Shown here one piece after another: positions 42,476-51,117 of a DNA stretch of 64,000 nucleotides. This DNA comes from Desulfobacterales bacterium (GTDB taxonomy: Bacteria > Desulfobacterota > Desulfobacteria > Desulfobacterales > SpSt-501), in contig JAWOHH010000040.1 in the NCBI GenBank assembly GCA_046496215.1, positions 27,493 to 91,492 on the forward strand. Direction: 5' to 3'. Position numbers and translations under genes: made by a program. Within the stretch, counting starts at the first letter, position 1, and each line of letters begins with the position of its first letter. Under the pieces are notes generated by a model. That model saw nothing but the letters and a program-made list of their open reading frames with translations. It did no database searches and had not been told where the DNA came from.

Positions 42476-42636
42476 GCCGGCAGTTTAGCACCCCGGCGGT
42501 TCGCGTTCAATCGCGTTCGCATTCGGTGACATTTTTTAGACGCGCACGTGACGATTTTTGTCACCGCGCTCCCTGTCGGTGAAGTGCGCAGGCGCCAACA
42601 CGCCGGTATCAAGACAGATATCATTTTTCAAGGTTT

Positions 42637-42653
42637 CTGGCATAAAAATTGAA
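42637..42653 (+). promoter_or_regulatory. Promoter-like 17-mer CTGGCATAAAAATTGAA, about 200 nt upstream of the LOG-family gene
   Basis: 16/17 identical to the motif at 41126-41142 on the other strand. Confidence 0.3.
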
Positions 42654-42860
42654 TAAGTCTGTCATCAAACTTCTCGGATGCGCGTGCATCTCCCCGACGG
42701 GCTCTCTCAACATCGATGATTGGAGGATTGCGCTGTCAGGAAAAACGGCATCACGGGAAGTTTTCTTTTCCGGCCCCTATGCATGGTTGCATCATTCCGG
42801 TGCCATCTGGTAAGCTGGCCTCGACCGTCGGTATAACTCCCCGGAAAGAGAGGCCTTCAT

Positions 42861-43748
42861 ATGTCCAAGCAGCGGCCCCGCAAAACCATCTTCCCATCGG
42901 CGCTGGAGGATGCCCGCCATGCAGGCTTGAAAGCCGAAGCGGACTACCTGAGGTCGACCAGCTACCGGCTCGCTTTTCAAGACCCGGATTTTCTTCTGAA
43001 GGACGAACTTCGGCCCGTGCGGCTGCAACTGGAGCTTCTCAAGCCGGAGCTGGCCCTTCAGGAAAAAGGCATTGAATCCGCGGTGGTAGTGTTCGGCAGT
43101 GCGCGCTTCCTCGACCCGGAATCGGCCGCGGCCCGGCTGGAGTCCGCCCGCATCGAGTTGAGCCGGGATGAGGGCAACCCCGGACTGCAGGCAAGCCTCA
43201 AACAAGCAGAGCGTGCCGTGGCCGGCAGTCGCTACTACAGCGAGGCGCGCAAGCTGGGGAACTTAATCGGACGCCACTCGGACAACCATCGTCGGGTGGT
43301 GATGACCGGCGGCGGCCCTGGAATAATGGAAGCGGCCAACCGCGGTGCCCACGAGGCCGGGGGCTTGACCATCGGCATGAACATCGTTTTGCCTCACGAA
43401 CAGTACCCCAACCCGTTCATCACCCCGGAGCTCAACTTTCAGTTCCACTATTTCGCGATTCGCAAGATGCACCTACTCATGCGTGCCAAATGCCTGGTGG
43501 CCTTTCCGGGGGGCTTCGGGACCCTCGATGAGCTTTTTGAAACCCTGACCCTGATCCAGACCGGCAAGATCCGTCGGATACCGGTGCTGCTTTTCGGCCG
43601 GGGTTTCTGGCAGCGGGTGGTCGACTTCCAGGCCTTGGTGGACGAAGGCACCATATCCCCGGCGGATTTAAGCCTGTTCCAATTTGTCGAGACGGCCGAG
43701 GAGGCCTGGGAGATCATTCGCGCCACCGGCGATGGCCTTGACCAATAA
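42861..43748 (+). CDS. LOG-family / TIGR00730 Rossmann-fold nucleotide hydrolase
   Basis: VVVFGSARF, GGGPGIMEAANRGA and PGGFGTLDELFE motifs. Confidence 0.85.
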   Translation: MSKQRPRKTIFPSALEDARHAGLKAEADYLRSTSYRLAFQDPDFLLKDELRPVRLQLELLKPELALQEKGIESAVVVFGSARFLDPESAAARLESARIELSRDEGNPGLQASLKQAERAVAGSRYYSEARKLGNLIGRHSDNHRRVVMTGGGPGIMEAANRGAHEAGGLTIGMNIVLPHEQYPNPFITPELNFQFHYFAIRKMHLLMRAKCLVAFPGGFGTLDELFETLTLIQTGKIRRIPVLLFGRGFWQRVVDFQALVDEGTISPADLSLFQFVETAEEAWEIIRATGDGLDQ

Positions 43749-43890
43749 GCGCAGGCCCGCGGTCCGTCCGGTTGCCGGCACGGACCTTGTAATCCTGAAA
43801 GGCGTTCCCGGCGTCCAATCAACAGACGCTGTAAAACCGCAAGCGGGTCATACGATTTAGGACTTCAATCGCACGATAGGATGAACGGAA

Positions 43891-44562
43891 ATGAATAGCC
43901 GCCTTTGGATCGCAGGGTTGGTGGCGCTTGTCGGGCTTGCCACGCCCTCGTTTGCGGATATCTACCGGTGGCGGGATGCCGATGGGGTCATCCGGTTTTC
44001 GAACCAGCCGCCGCCGGCCGGGGTCAAGATCCTCGATCGGATTGAAGAAATGCCCTACGACGCGGAGTCGGACCGCCAACGCATGGAAGAAGACCGACGG
44101 ATGCGGTTGGAGTTCGAGAAATTGGACCTGGAGCAGCGCCAGGCAGCGGTTGCCGCCCGCGAGCGCGAGGCGCAGTTGAAGCTGGAGGAGGCCGAGCGAC
44201 GGCTGGAGCAGTCCCGGCAGAAGCTCGAGCGCGCCGAGGAGTGCGATGAGGGTTATTACCTGCGCTATGGGGAGTGCGTCCCCGGTGCGGTCTATTACCG
44301 CCGCTCCGGTCCGGCGCTTCCCCGCGACCCATACCGCGGGATCCACCGCGAAAAGAGCCATCCCTACTTTAAAGCCCCGTCCCGCCGGCCCGGGATCGAG
44401 GCGCCCAAGCCCCCCGGGGGGAAGCTCTCACCCGCCGCTCCGCCCCGCACCAAGCCGGCCGAGGCGAAACTCGCCCCCAAGAGCGGGAAAGCCGCCGCCG
44501 CTGCCGGCGAGCTGGAGCAGCCGGCCCAGACTGCTCCCGAGCCTCCCGCCGCCAAAAAATGA
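43891..44562 (+). CDS. DUF4124-domain secreted protein with a coiled-coil and a Pro/Ala-rich tail
   Basis: Signal peptide followed by DIYRWRDADGVIRFSNQPP. Confidence 0.75.
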   Translation: MNSRLWIAGLVALVGLATPSFADIYRWRDADGVIRFSNQPPPAGVKILDRIEEMPYDAESDRQRMEEDRRMRLEFEKLDLEQRQAAVAAREREAQLKLEEAERRLEQSRQKLERAEECDEGYYLRYGECVPGAVYYRRSGPALPRDPYRGIHREKSHPYFKAPSRRPGIEAPKPPGGKLSPAAPPRTKPAEAKLAPKSGKAAAAAGELEQPAQTAPEPPAAKK

Positions 44563-44592
44563 TCCACCGCCCGGGTCTTTTTTGAGGTTCCT

Positions 44593-45735
44593 TTAAAACA
44601 GCGCGGATTGGTCCTTCTGGACCTCCTTGATGTTGGCGTTGAACAACTCCACCCGGCGTTTTACGGCTTCGATGGCGTCCATGTGCGCCAGCTTCCAGCG
44701 ATAGAGCTCTCGGTGAAGACGCCGGCTATCTTCTGCCAGTGCGTCGATCAGTTGCTCCCTTGCCGGCTCCCACAGCAGGTAGATCTCCTCGGGCAGCATC
44801 CCGATCTTCCGGAAATGCCAGCGGCAATAGGCCTGCCACCAGGGGGAAGGGGCCTCGGCGTTGGCGGCGGAGCCTTCGAAATAAAAATGGGCCCATTCCA
44901 ACTGGGGCAGAGGGATGTGCAGGTCGCGGGCGGTGTCTCTCAGCGCGCGCTTTCCTTCGGCGGTGTGCCGGTCGAACACAACCCAGAAGGGAAACGCCTC
45001 CTCGGGGGCCGGGGCCGGCTCGATGGCGGGGGGGCTTTGGGTCAGGGCGAGGTAGGCCGCCGCCATGGCCACGGCCCGGTCGTGAGGCCTGCCCCCGTCC
45101 CGAAAGCGGAACGCGTTATCGATCAGGTCTTTTCGGTCCTTGCGGGCGGTGTGCTCGGAGACCCAATCCCAAAACCCTGAAGGGTTGCGGATCGCCCGGG
45201 CCAGCCATCGCAGCGGCTTATCGCCGGGGGTCTCCGCAAGCGCGCTGGTATCGTCTTTCCCCAGAGCATACGCCAGGAACCCGAGGCCGGTGGCGTCCCG
45301 GTTTTTTTGATGCGACGCCAGGCGGACGAGGGCTGCGACCTTGCTGTGGACGCCCTTGGTGAACAGCAGTTCGGAGCCCAGCGGCCAGCACTCGGCCAAG
45401 ACGATCACGGCGCTGCGCGTCTCGAACCACGCTGCCGTGCGCGCGCCCAGGCCATCGATCAGGGCGCTGGTCGTCAGGATCCACTCGGAGTAGCCCCGCC
45501 GCGCGGCCTTGTGCAAAAGCGACCGATATCGGTCATCAACCTGCAACTTTTCTTTCATGACGGTGCACCCGGAGTACGCGCCGGGTCCGGAAGGGCGTTC
45601 TGCCCGCCATGGGGCTAAACGACTTGAAGCCAAGGCAGGTCCGTTGGTTGGAAGCCCGGTCATTGTAACGTTCCGACCGGAGCTGTCTCCATACCATTGC
45701 CGCTCGAGTCGGTGAGCGGTTAAAACCCTGGGCAA
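44593..45735 (-). CDS. Hypothetical protein (380 aa; no recognised domain)
   Basis: Start proposed at TTG 45735, 8 nt after a perfect AAGGAGG. Alternative ATG at 45558 (MKEKLQ) has no SD. The longest ORF reaches 45855. Confidence 0.55.
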   Translation of the reverse strand: MPRVLTAHRLERQWYGDSSGRNVTMTGLPTNGPALASSRLAPWRAERPSGPGAYSGCTVMKEKLQVDDRYRSLLHKAARRGYSEWILTTSALIDGLGARTAAWFETRSAVIVLAECWPLGSELLFTKGVHSKVAALVRLASHQKNRDATGLGFLAYALGKDDTSALAETPGDKPLRWLARAIRNPSGFWDWVSEHTARKDRKDLIDNAFRFRDGGRPHDRAVAMAAAYLALTQSPPAIEPAPAPEEAFPFWVVFDRHTAEGKRALRDTARDLHIPLPQLEWAHFYFEGSAANAEAPSPWWQAYCRWHFRKIGMLPEEIYLLWEPAREQLIDALAEDSRRLHRELYRWKLAHMDAIEAVKRRVELFNANIKEVQKDQSALF

Positions 45736-45765
45736 TCTTTTATCCTCCTTTTGAGGTTGCCCAGG
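45727..45765 (-). promoter_or_regulatory. Hairpin presenting the SD in its loop and pairing the TTG start codon in its stem
   Basis: 9-bp stem cctgggcaa/ttgcccagg with a 21-nt loop cctcaaaaggaggataaaaga. Confidence 0.4.
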
Positions 45766-45855
45766 CGATTTTTGCCACTCTAAGGTGGCGTTTTTCCTTC
45801 TCCTCTCCTCGCAGAGGCGGGTTCCGCCTGGGACTCGCCTCTGGTCTTTCCACAA

Positions 45856-46296
45856 TCAGCCGACCCGTTCGCACCCCTCCACTTGAGATTTCACCCCGCG
45901 CTTGAGCAGATCCGCAAAGGTGATCTGCTCGAGGCGGGAGAACATCGCCTGGGAGGCTTCCATCCAAACAAAGCGCGTGACGCACTCATCGATGCGCTCG
46001 CAGTTTACGGAGTTGCGGGAGCACCACGTGAGGAAGGCACCGCCCTCCAACAAGGCAACGATCTCGCCCACCGTGATCTCCTCGGCCGGGCGCGCCAAAA
46101 TGTGGCCTCCCTTCGACCCTCTGAAGCTTTGAATGTAGCCGGCCCGCTTGAGGGGGCGGATGATCTGCTCGAGATATTTCAGGGAGATTGCCTGGCGCTT
46201 TGCGATTTCTCCGAGTTGGATGGGACCCTTGCCGTAGTTCTCGGCCATGTCGAGGATCAGGCGGGTGCCGTAGCGACTTCGGGTGGAAAGCTTCAT
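45856..46296 (-). CDS. Rrf2-family transcriptional regulator (probable Fe-S cluster-binding)
   Basis: MKLSTRSRYGTRLILDMA wHTH and three C-terminal Cys (CSRNSVNCERIDEC). Start set to ATG 46296. Confidence 0.9.
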   Translation of the reverse strand: MKLSTRSRYGTRLILDMAENYGKGPIQLGEIAKRQAISLKYLEQIIRPLKRAGYIQSFRGSKGGHILARPAEEITVGEIVALLEGGAFLTWCSRNSVNCERIDECVTRFVWMEASQAMFSRLEQITFADLLKRGVKSQVEGCERVG

Positions 46297-46624
46297 GAGA
46301 AGAGGCTCCGTCGAGGGGTGTCTGCCGCAACATGCTCGAATTGGGCGATCACCGTATCGATTTTCGTTCAGTCCGTCAAGAAGCAAAGCCGTCATGAAAA
46401 GCGGCCTGTCACCTTGGCCCGCAGCTTGGCGGCGGCGTCCGACAGCCGCCCGAACAGCGGTTTTTGAAATCGGACTTCCAGCAAAAGATCCCCGTTGCGC
46501 CCCCCGTGGCGTCCGGGTTCGCCACTCCCAAGATGGAGTAATAGTCGCCGGTGGACATGCGGATAAACCCCTGATGTGCGGCGGATGCGGCCGGCGTTTT
46601 GACTGCTGCGATCTGCCGGCGGCC

Positions 46625-47233
46625 TCAGCGGACGGCTGAAGCGGAGGGGGCCTCTCCCACCAGGCGTCCGGTGGCGGCGAAACGCTCGATCACCAGCCAT
46701 GCCCTGGCGTCGAATTTGAGCGTCGGGTCGGTGCAGAGGCGGCCGGCCTCCGCGCTCGACACGAACATCACCTCGATCTGCTCGGACCCCTCCTGCGATT
46801 CGGCCGAGGGCTCGCCATCGCAATCCACGTAGACCATGCTCACCGATTCGTCGGTCATGCCGGCGGATGAATACAGCGGCGGGCTGGTCTTCAGGAAGCT
46901 GACCACCGACAGACCGGTTTCTTCCATCAACTCCCGGCGGGCGGCTTCCTCTATGCTCTCGCCGGAGTCGACAAGCCCCGCCGGGAACCCATATTCAAAA
47001 CCGGCGAGCGCAACGCGGCATTCGCGGATGACCACGAGCTTCCGGCGTGCGCGGTGGAACGCGGCGACGATCACCCCATCCGGCATTTCGAACTGGCCGC
47101 TGGCACAGCGCGGAATTCTGCGGCGGGTGGCAAGCGTCCATGAACGCGGGTTTCGGCCCTCGAGACGATAGGTGACCTGAAACAAGTTCAACCATGAAGC
47201 ATCGCACAGCTTGTTGACACCGAAAATTTTCAT
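46625..47233 (-). CDS. NUDIX hydrolase
   Basis: Nudix box GFPAGLVDSGESIEEAARRELMEETGL. Confidence 0.85.
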   Translation of the reverse strand: MKIFGVNKLCDASWLNLFQVTYRLEGRNPRSWTLATRRRIPRCASGQFEMPDGVIVAAFHRARRKLVVIRECRVALAGFEYGFPAGLVDSGESIEEAARRELMEETGLSVVSFLKTSPPLYSSAGMTDESVSMVYVDCDGEPSAESQEGSEQIEVMFVSSAEAGRLCTDPTLKFDARAWLVIERFAATGRLVGEAPSASAVR

Positions 47234-47356
47234 GGTCGGCCTCCGCGTCCTGTCGTATCGGAGGGCCCCGTCGTTGTCAACTCCGCGGGACCTGAGGAGG
47301 GCTTCGATAAAACCTCAAGATTTTGCCGCGACGGCCGATAAAAATGCTTTAGCCGC

Positions 47357-47932
47357 ATGGATCGATTGATGGTGTTCGAACCCGGGAACCCCCGACGGAT
47401 GACCTCTTCTCCCAACAGCCCGGCCGACCGGGACCCTGAGACTCAAACAGGCGAGGGTGCCGTCGGCGAAAAGCGTGCCGGTGCGGACAGACGGCGCAGG
47501 ACCTTCCCCCCCCTGAGCTTCCTGTTGTCCGGCGGTCGGCGGCGGAAGGTTCGCAGAACCGACGACCGGCGCCGGATTGCCATCGTGGACCACTATTCTC
47601 CCTGGCTTCTGGTGGTCATTTTAGGGATCCTTTTCCTGAGCATGACCGATGCCTTCCTGACTCTCAACCTGATCGAACACGGCGCCAGCGAGATCAACCC
47701 CGTCATGGCCTATTTCCTCCAAAAAGGCCCCCTCGTTTTCACCGTCGCCAAGTATGCCCTCACCAGTATGGCGGTGATCATTTTCGTCCTCGTCAAGAAC
47801 AGCGTCATCCGCGGGAGCCGGATGCGCACCCGCACTCTTTTTACCTTTGCGATCGTGTGCTTTGCCATCGCCGTGGCGTGGCAGATCATCTTGATTTTGA
47901 GCACCTCCTGCCGCACTTTGATGCCATGCTGA
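47357..47932 (+). CDS. DUF5658-like membrane protein with an Arg-rich N-terminal region
   Basis: RRRTFPP..GGRRRKVRRTDDRRR followed by 4 TM helices (LTLNLIEHGASEINPVM). Confidence 0.6.
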   Translation: MDRLMVFEPGNPRRMTSSPNSPADRDPETQTGEGAVGEKRAGADRRRRTFPPLSFLLSGGRRRKVRRTDDRRRIAIVDHYSPWLLVVILGILFLSMTDAFLTLNLIEHGASEINPVMAYFLQKGPLVFTVAKYALTSMAVIIFVLVKNSVIRGSRMRTRTLFTFAIVCFAIAVAWQIILILSTSCRTLMPC

Positions 47933-47987
47933 CGGCATCTGCCGTCCTTCGGTAAACAGACCTCGACGCAAGGGCATTCGCGCGCTC

Positions 47988-49895
47988 ATGACGCATGTAC
48001 TGCTGTTACAGCTGCCGATTCCACGCCAGAATTACGGGCGCAGGACCGGCAACATCCCCCTGGGCGCGGCGTGCCTCAAGCAGGCGGCGCAGGGGCTGCG
48101 CGGTGTCGACGTCGAGATCCTGCCCGAAAGCCTGGTCTCCTATCTTGGGGACGCGGCCCTGCTGGCGCTGATCCGGGAATCCAACCCCGATGTGATCGGT
48201 TTCAGCGTTTTCAGCTGGAACATCGAGCGCAGCCTCTATTTCGCCGAAAACCTGAAGGCGGGCAGCCCGGCAAGGATTGTCATTGGAGGGCCCGAGGTCA
48301 CCCCGGACAACCCCCTGGTGCGCTCCCCCCACGTTGATTTCCTCGTCTACGGCGAAGGGGAAAGAGTGTTTCGCCGACTGTTGACCGAACCCGATTTATG
48401 GGCGCAGGGGCGGGCGGCCGAGGGCGCCGCGGACGTCTTCCGAAGCGCCCCGAGCCCTTACCTGGGAGGCCTGCTCGAACCGGGTCTCGAGCGCCTGATG
48501 CTGCTCGAGACCCAGCGCGGATGCCCCTACCGCTGCGGGTTTTGCTTCTACAACAAGTCCCGCAAAGGAATGGCTTTCGCGGAGCCGGCAAACTTGCTGC
48601 GGGCGGTCACCTGGGCGGTGGAGCGCAGCCTCGAAGAGGTCTACCTGCTGGACCCTTGCCTGAATTCGCGTCCGGGCCTTGCCGATTTGCTGGCCGGGAT
48701 CGCCCGTTTCAACCCGCAGAAATCCGTTCGCTTTTTCAGCGAAATCCGGGCCGAGGCCATCGATGAGCGCTTGGCCGACCTGCTGGCTGCCGCCGGTTTC
48801 AGCTGGTTCGAGATCGGCCTGCAGAGCACCAATCCCCGGGCGCTCGGGATCATGAACCGCCCGACGCGGTTGGATCGGTTCCTCCAGGGGGCGGCGCGTC
48901 TCAAGCAACGGCGCATCACCCCCAGCATCGATCTCATCATCGGGCTGCCGGGCGACGACCTCGGAGGGTTCATGCGCAGCGTGGATTTTGTGGCCGACCA
49001 CGGGCTGCAGGACGATGTCCAGTTATTCCCCCTCGCTGTTCTTCCCGGCACCTCTTTTCGCCGCCGCCGCCGCGAATTGGGCCTGCGTTTTGAGCCGCAC
49101 CCGCCCTACACCGTCAGCGCCACCCCGGAGTTTGCGCCGGAGGATTTCCTCCTAGCCTACGATTATGCCGAAACCCGCTTTGACACCGTGTTTTTCCCGC
49201 TGCCCGACCTGGAGGTGTCCTGGCGTCGTGGGGCGAGGCGTGATTTTCAAAGGGCAACCGACCTCTGGGTGCGACTGGGAGGGACCCCCTTCGTGGCCAA
49301 GCTGGCCCTGAATAGCGAAAGGCCGTTGGCCCAGATTCGCCGCCTGGCGGGCCGGCTCACGCAGCCCTACCAAGTCCTGGTGGGTCCGCGGGTCCGGGGG
49401 TCGGGCTATATCCAAAAGGTGCTCGGCATGACCACGGCCGAAAACCCGTTCACCCCCTTCGAAGTGGTGTTTTTCGAGCCGCCTGAAACCCCGCAGACCC
49501 CGAAACTGCTCGATGCGTTGCACCTGCGCCGCCCGCATTTTTTGGACGGAGACCTGCGGTTTCTCTTCCCGCAGCCGGGGAACCGGGCGGTCCTGTTCAC
49601 CTTGGTGTCCGAAGACCGCCGCCCCCGTTTCCGTCAGGACATGCAGCGGCAGGTCTTCTGGTGGCGGGCGCCGAGGCTGCCGGCATTGAAGGATCTTTCC
49701 GATCTGGCAGACTTGGACGGGGTCTTGATCGACAGCCCGGTGCCGGCCCGGGCGGTTCGTTCCTGGCAGGACGAACACAGGGCGGCGGCCGCCGAGTTTA
49801 ACATCGGCTTTGCCGAGGCGGGCCTTCAGACCCGCTGGCTGCTGCTTGCGAGCCCGGATGATTACGTCGAGAGCGTCATGTTAAGGGCCTCGTAA
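47988..49895 (+). CDS. B12-binding-domain radical SAM protein
   Basis: The N-terminal B12-like domain leads into ETQRGCPYRCGFCFY (CxxxCxxC). Confidence 0.85.
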   Translation: MTHVLLLQLPIPRQNYGRRTGNIPLGAACLKQAAQGLRGVDVEILPESLVSYLGDAALLALIRESNPDVIGFSVFSWNIERSLYFAENLKAGSPARIVIGGPEVTPDNPLVRSPHVDFLVYGEGERVFRRLLTEPDLWAQGRAAEGAADVFRSAPSPYLGGLLEPGLERLMLLETQRGCPYRCGFCFYNKSRKGMAFAEPANLLRAVTWAVERSLEEVYLLDPCLNSRPGLADLLAGIARFNPQKSVRFFSEIRAEAIDERLADLLAAAGFSWFEIGLQSTNPRALGIMNRPTRLDRFLQGAARLKQRRITPSIDLIIGLPGDDLGGFMRSVDFVADHGLQDDVQLFPLAVLPGTSFRRRRRELGLRFEPHPPYTVSATPEFAPEDFLLAYDYAETRFDTVFFPLPDLEVSWRRGARRDFQRATDLWVRLGGTPFVAKLALNSERPLAQIRRLAGRLTQPYQVLVGPRVRGSGYIQKVLGMTTAENPFTPFEVVFFEPPETPQTPKLLDALHLRRPHFLDGDLRFLFPQPGNRAVLFTLVSEDRRPRFRQDMQRQVFWWRAPRLPALKDLSDLADLDGVLIDSPVPARAVRSWQDEHRAAAAEFNIGFAEAGLQTRWLLLASPDDYVESVMLRAS

Positions 49896-50003
49896 TTGTC
49901 AGGAGATCCCGTGAAAATCCCTCCTGACCTCCCTTTGCCAAAGGGAGGGACCACCCCTCTTTGGCAAAGAGGGGCAAAGGGAGATTTTACGAATCCTGTC
50001 AAT
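49893..50003. repeat. Nested GC-rich palindromic intergenic element
   Basis: Outer imperfect inverted repeat attgtcaggagatcccgtgaaaatc / gattttacgaatcctgtcaat. It encloses hairpins cctcccttt-gcc-aaagggagg and cccctcttt-ggc-aaagagggg. Single copy in the window. Confidence 0.5.
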
Positions 50004-50087
50004 TCAATTTCGAGACGATCGATAAATGGGTGGAGGGCCGACTTGACTTGGCGGCGGCAGATTCTATTTTCCTCTAAAATAATCAGG

Positions 50088-50145
50088 ATGATTTCGTGGA
50101 ACACCTATTAAAAATCTTCCGAAAATGGGTGTTCCACGAAATCAT
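50088..50145 (+). promoter_or_regulatory. 17-bp perfect hairpin/palindrome abutting the SD of the FmdB-family gene
   Basis: atgatttcgtggaacac (50088-50104) pairs with gtgttccacgaaatcat (50129-50145). The loop is 24 nt and AT-rich. AAGGGAG SD follows immediately. Confidence 0.5.
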
Positions 50146-50157
50146 AAGGGAGCTTGT

Positions 50158-50361
50158 ATGCCGATCTACGAATACCAGTGCAAGGCCTGCTGTCACTGCT
50201 TTGAAGAGCTCGTCTTTTCCTCCGACGCACCGCCGCCCGTTTGCCCCGAGTGTCGCTGCCCCGATGTGCAGAAGCTCATGTCCGCCGGTTGCGTGAGGGC
50301 GCAAGGCATCCCCACCGGTTCGGGCGGGTTCAAGGCCCCGTCCTGCAAACCCTCGGGGTGA
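50158..50361 (+). CDS. FmdB-family zinc-ribbon protein (67 aa)
   Basis: MPIYEYQCKAC....CPEC signature. Start at ATG 50158 after AAGGGAG. Confidence 0.8.
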   Translation: MPIYEYQCKACCHCFEELVFSSDAPPPVCPECRCPDVQKLMSAGCVRAQGIPTGSGGFKAPSCKPSG

Positions 50362-50391
50362 GGGATCTAAGCCCCCTCGGTCCGAGGGGCT

Positions 50392-50428
50392 CTTAAAAAG
50401 ATGCGGGGCCTGTTCAAACAGGCCCCGC
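50392..50428 (-). terminator. Rho-independent terminator of the MBL-hydrolase/yhhQ operon (palindromic, between convergent genes)
   Basis: gcggggcctgtt/aacaggccccgc stem (50403-50428). On the minus strand it is followed by ATCTTTTTAA. Confidence 0.6.
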
Positions 50429-50433
50429 ACGTT

Positions 50434-51117
50434 TCAAACTTCGATGGTCTCCCCGGGTTTCATGACCGCAACCTGGGTGCGGGTCTCTTTCTCCACCCGT
50501 GCGGCCCAGGCGTGCGGGTCCTGCTTGATCACCTCGAAGGTGTTGTAGTGGATGGGGACCACGCGCTTGGGTTCGATCAGCCTGACCGCCCGCAGCGCAT
50601 CCTCCGGGCCCATCGTGAAGTTGTCCCCGATCGGAAGGATGGCCAGGTCGATGCCCTCCTCGCCGATCAGTCTCATGTCGCCGAACAGCCCCGTGTCGCA
50701 GGCGTGGTAGATCTTGCTGCCGTCGATGTAAAACAGGAACCCGCAGGGGTTGCCGCCGTAGGAGCCGTCCGGCAGGGCGGAGCCGTGCAGGGCGAGGGTC
50801 AGCTTGACCCGTCCCCAGGGATAGTCGAACCCGCCGCCGATATGCTGCGGGTGGACGTTCTTGACCCCCTGGGCGACCATCCAGTTCTGGATTTCGAAGT
50901 TGGATATCACGGTGGCCCCGGTGCGCTTGGCGATGGCCACGGTGTCCCCCACGTGGTCGCCGTGGCCGTGGGAGACGAGAATATAGTCCGCCCGGACCGT
51001 TTCGGCCTTGATCGGCGCGAGCGGATTTCCGCTGAGGAAGGGGTCGACCAGAAGCCTGGCTTTTTGACTTTCGAAAAGAAAACAGGCGTGGCTGTACCAG
51101 GTGGCGCTGACGGTCAT
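50434..51117 (-). CDS. Metal-dependent hydrolase, UPF0173 / MBL fold
   Basis: MTVSATWYSHACFLF..ILVSHGHGDHVGD. Start at ATG 51117 after AAAGGAGG. The track ORF is over-extended. Confidence 0.85.
   Translation of the reverse strand: MTVSATWYSHACFLFESQKARLLVDPFLSGNPLAPIKAETVRADYILVSHGHGDHVGDTVAIAKRTGATVISNFEIQNWMVAQGVKNVHPQHIGGGFDYPWGRVKLTLALHGSALPDGSYGGNPCGFLFYIDGSKIYHACDTGLFGDMRLIGEEGIDLAILPIGDNFTMGPEDALRAVRLIEPKRVVPIHYNTFEVIKQDPHAWAARVEKETRTQVAVMKPGETIEV

Noticed and set aside
45559-45855. Possible riboswitch in the ~300-nt gap between the Rrf2 gene and the ATG at 45558. It contains CGCCTGGGCA, reminiscent of the ZTP/pfl 3' element, plus several hairpins.
   Set aside because: The 5' half of the ZTP motif is absent, and the downstream gene is not purine- or folate-related. 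The strong SD plus the in-frame TTG at 45735 explain most of the region as coding sequence.
46409-46558. 49-codon minus-strand ORF beginning MSTGDYYSILGV, like the start of a DnaJ J-domain. It lies next to a G6 homopolymer run where a frameshift could have occurred.
   Set aside because: Only 8 residues resemble a J-domain. None of the three frames continues with the HPD or helix II sequence, and there is no convincing SD. It is probably chance or an unrecognisable remnant.
50401-50430. Two ORFs on opposite strands that both start MRGLF(E/K)QAPH (50083-50430 minus and 50401-51156 plus).
   Set aside because: This is an artefact of the palindromic terminator atgcggggcctgttcaaacaggccccgca being read on both strands. 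Neither ORF is credible.
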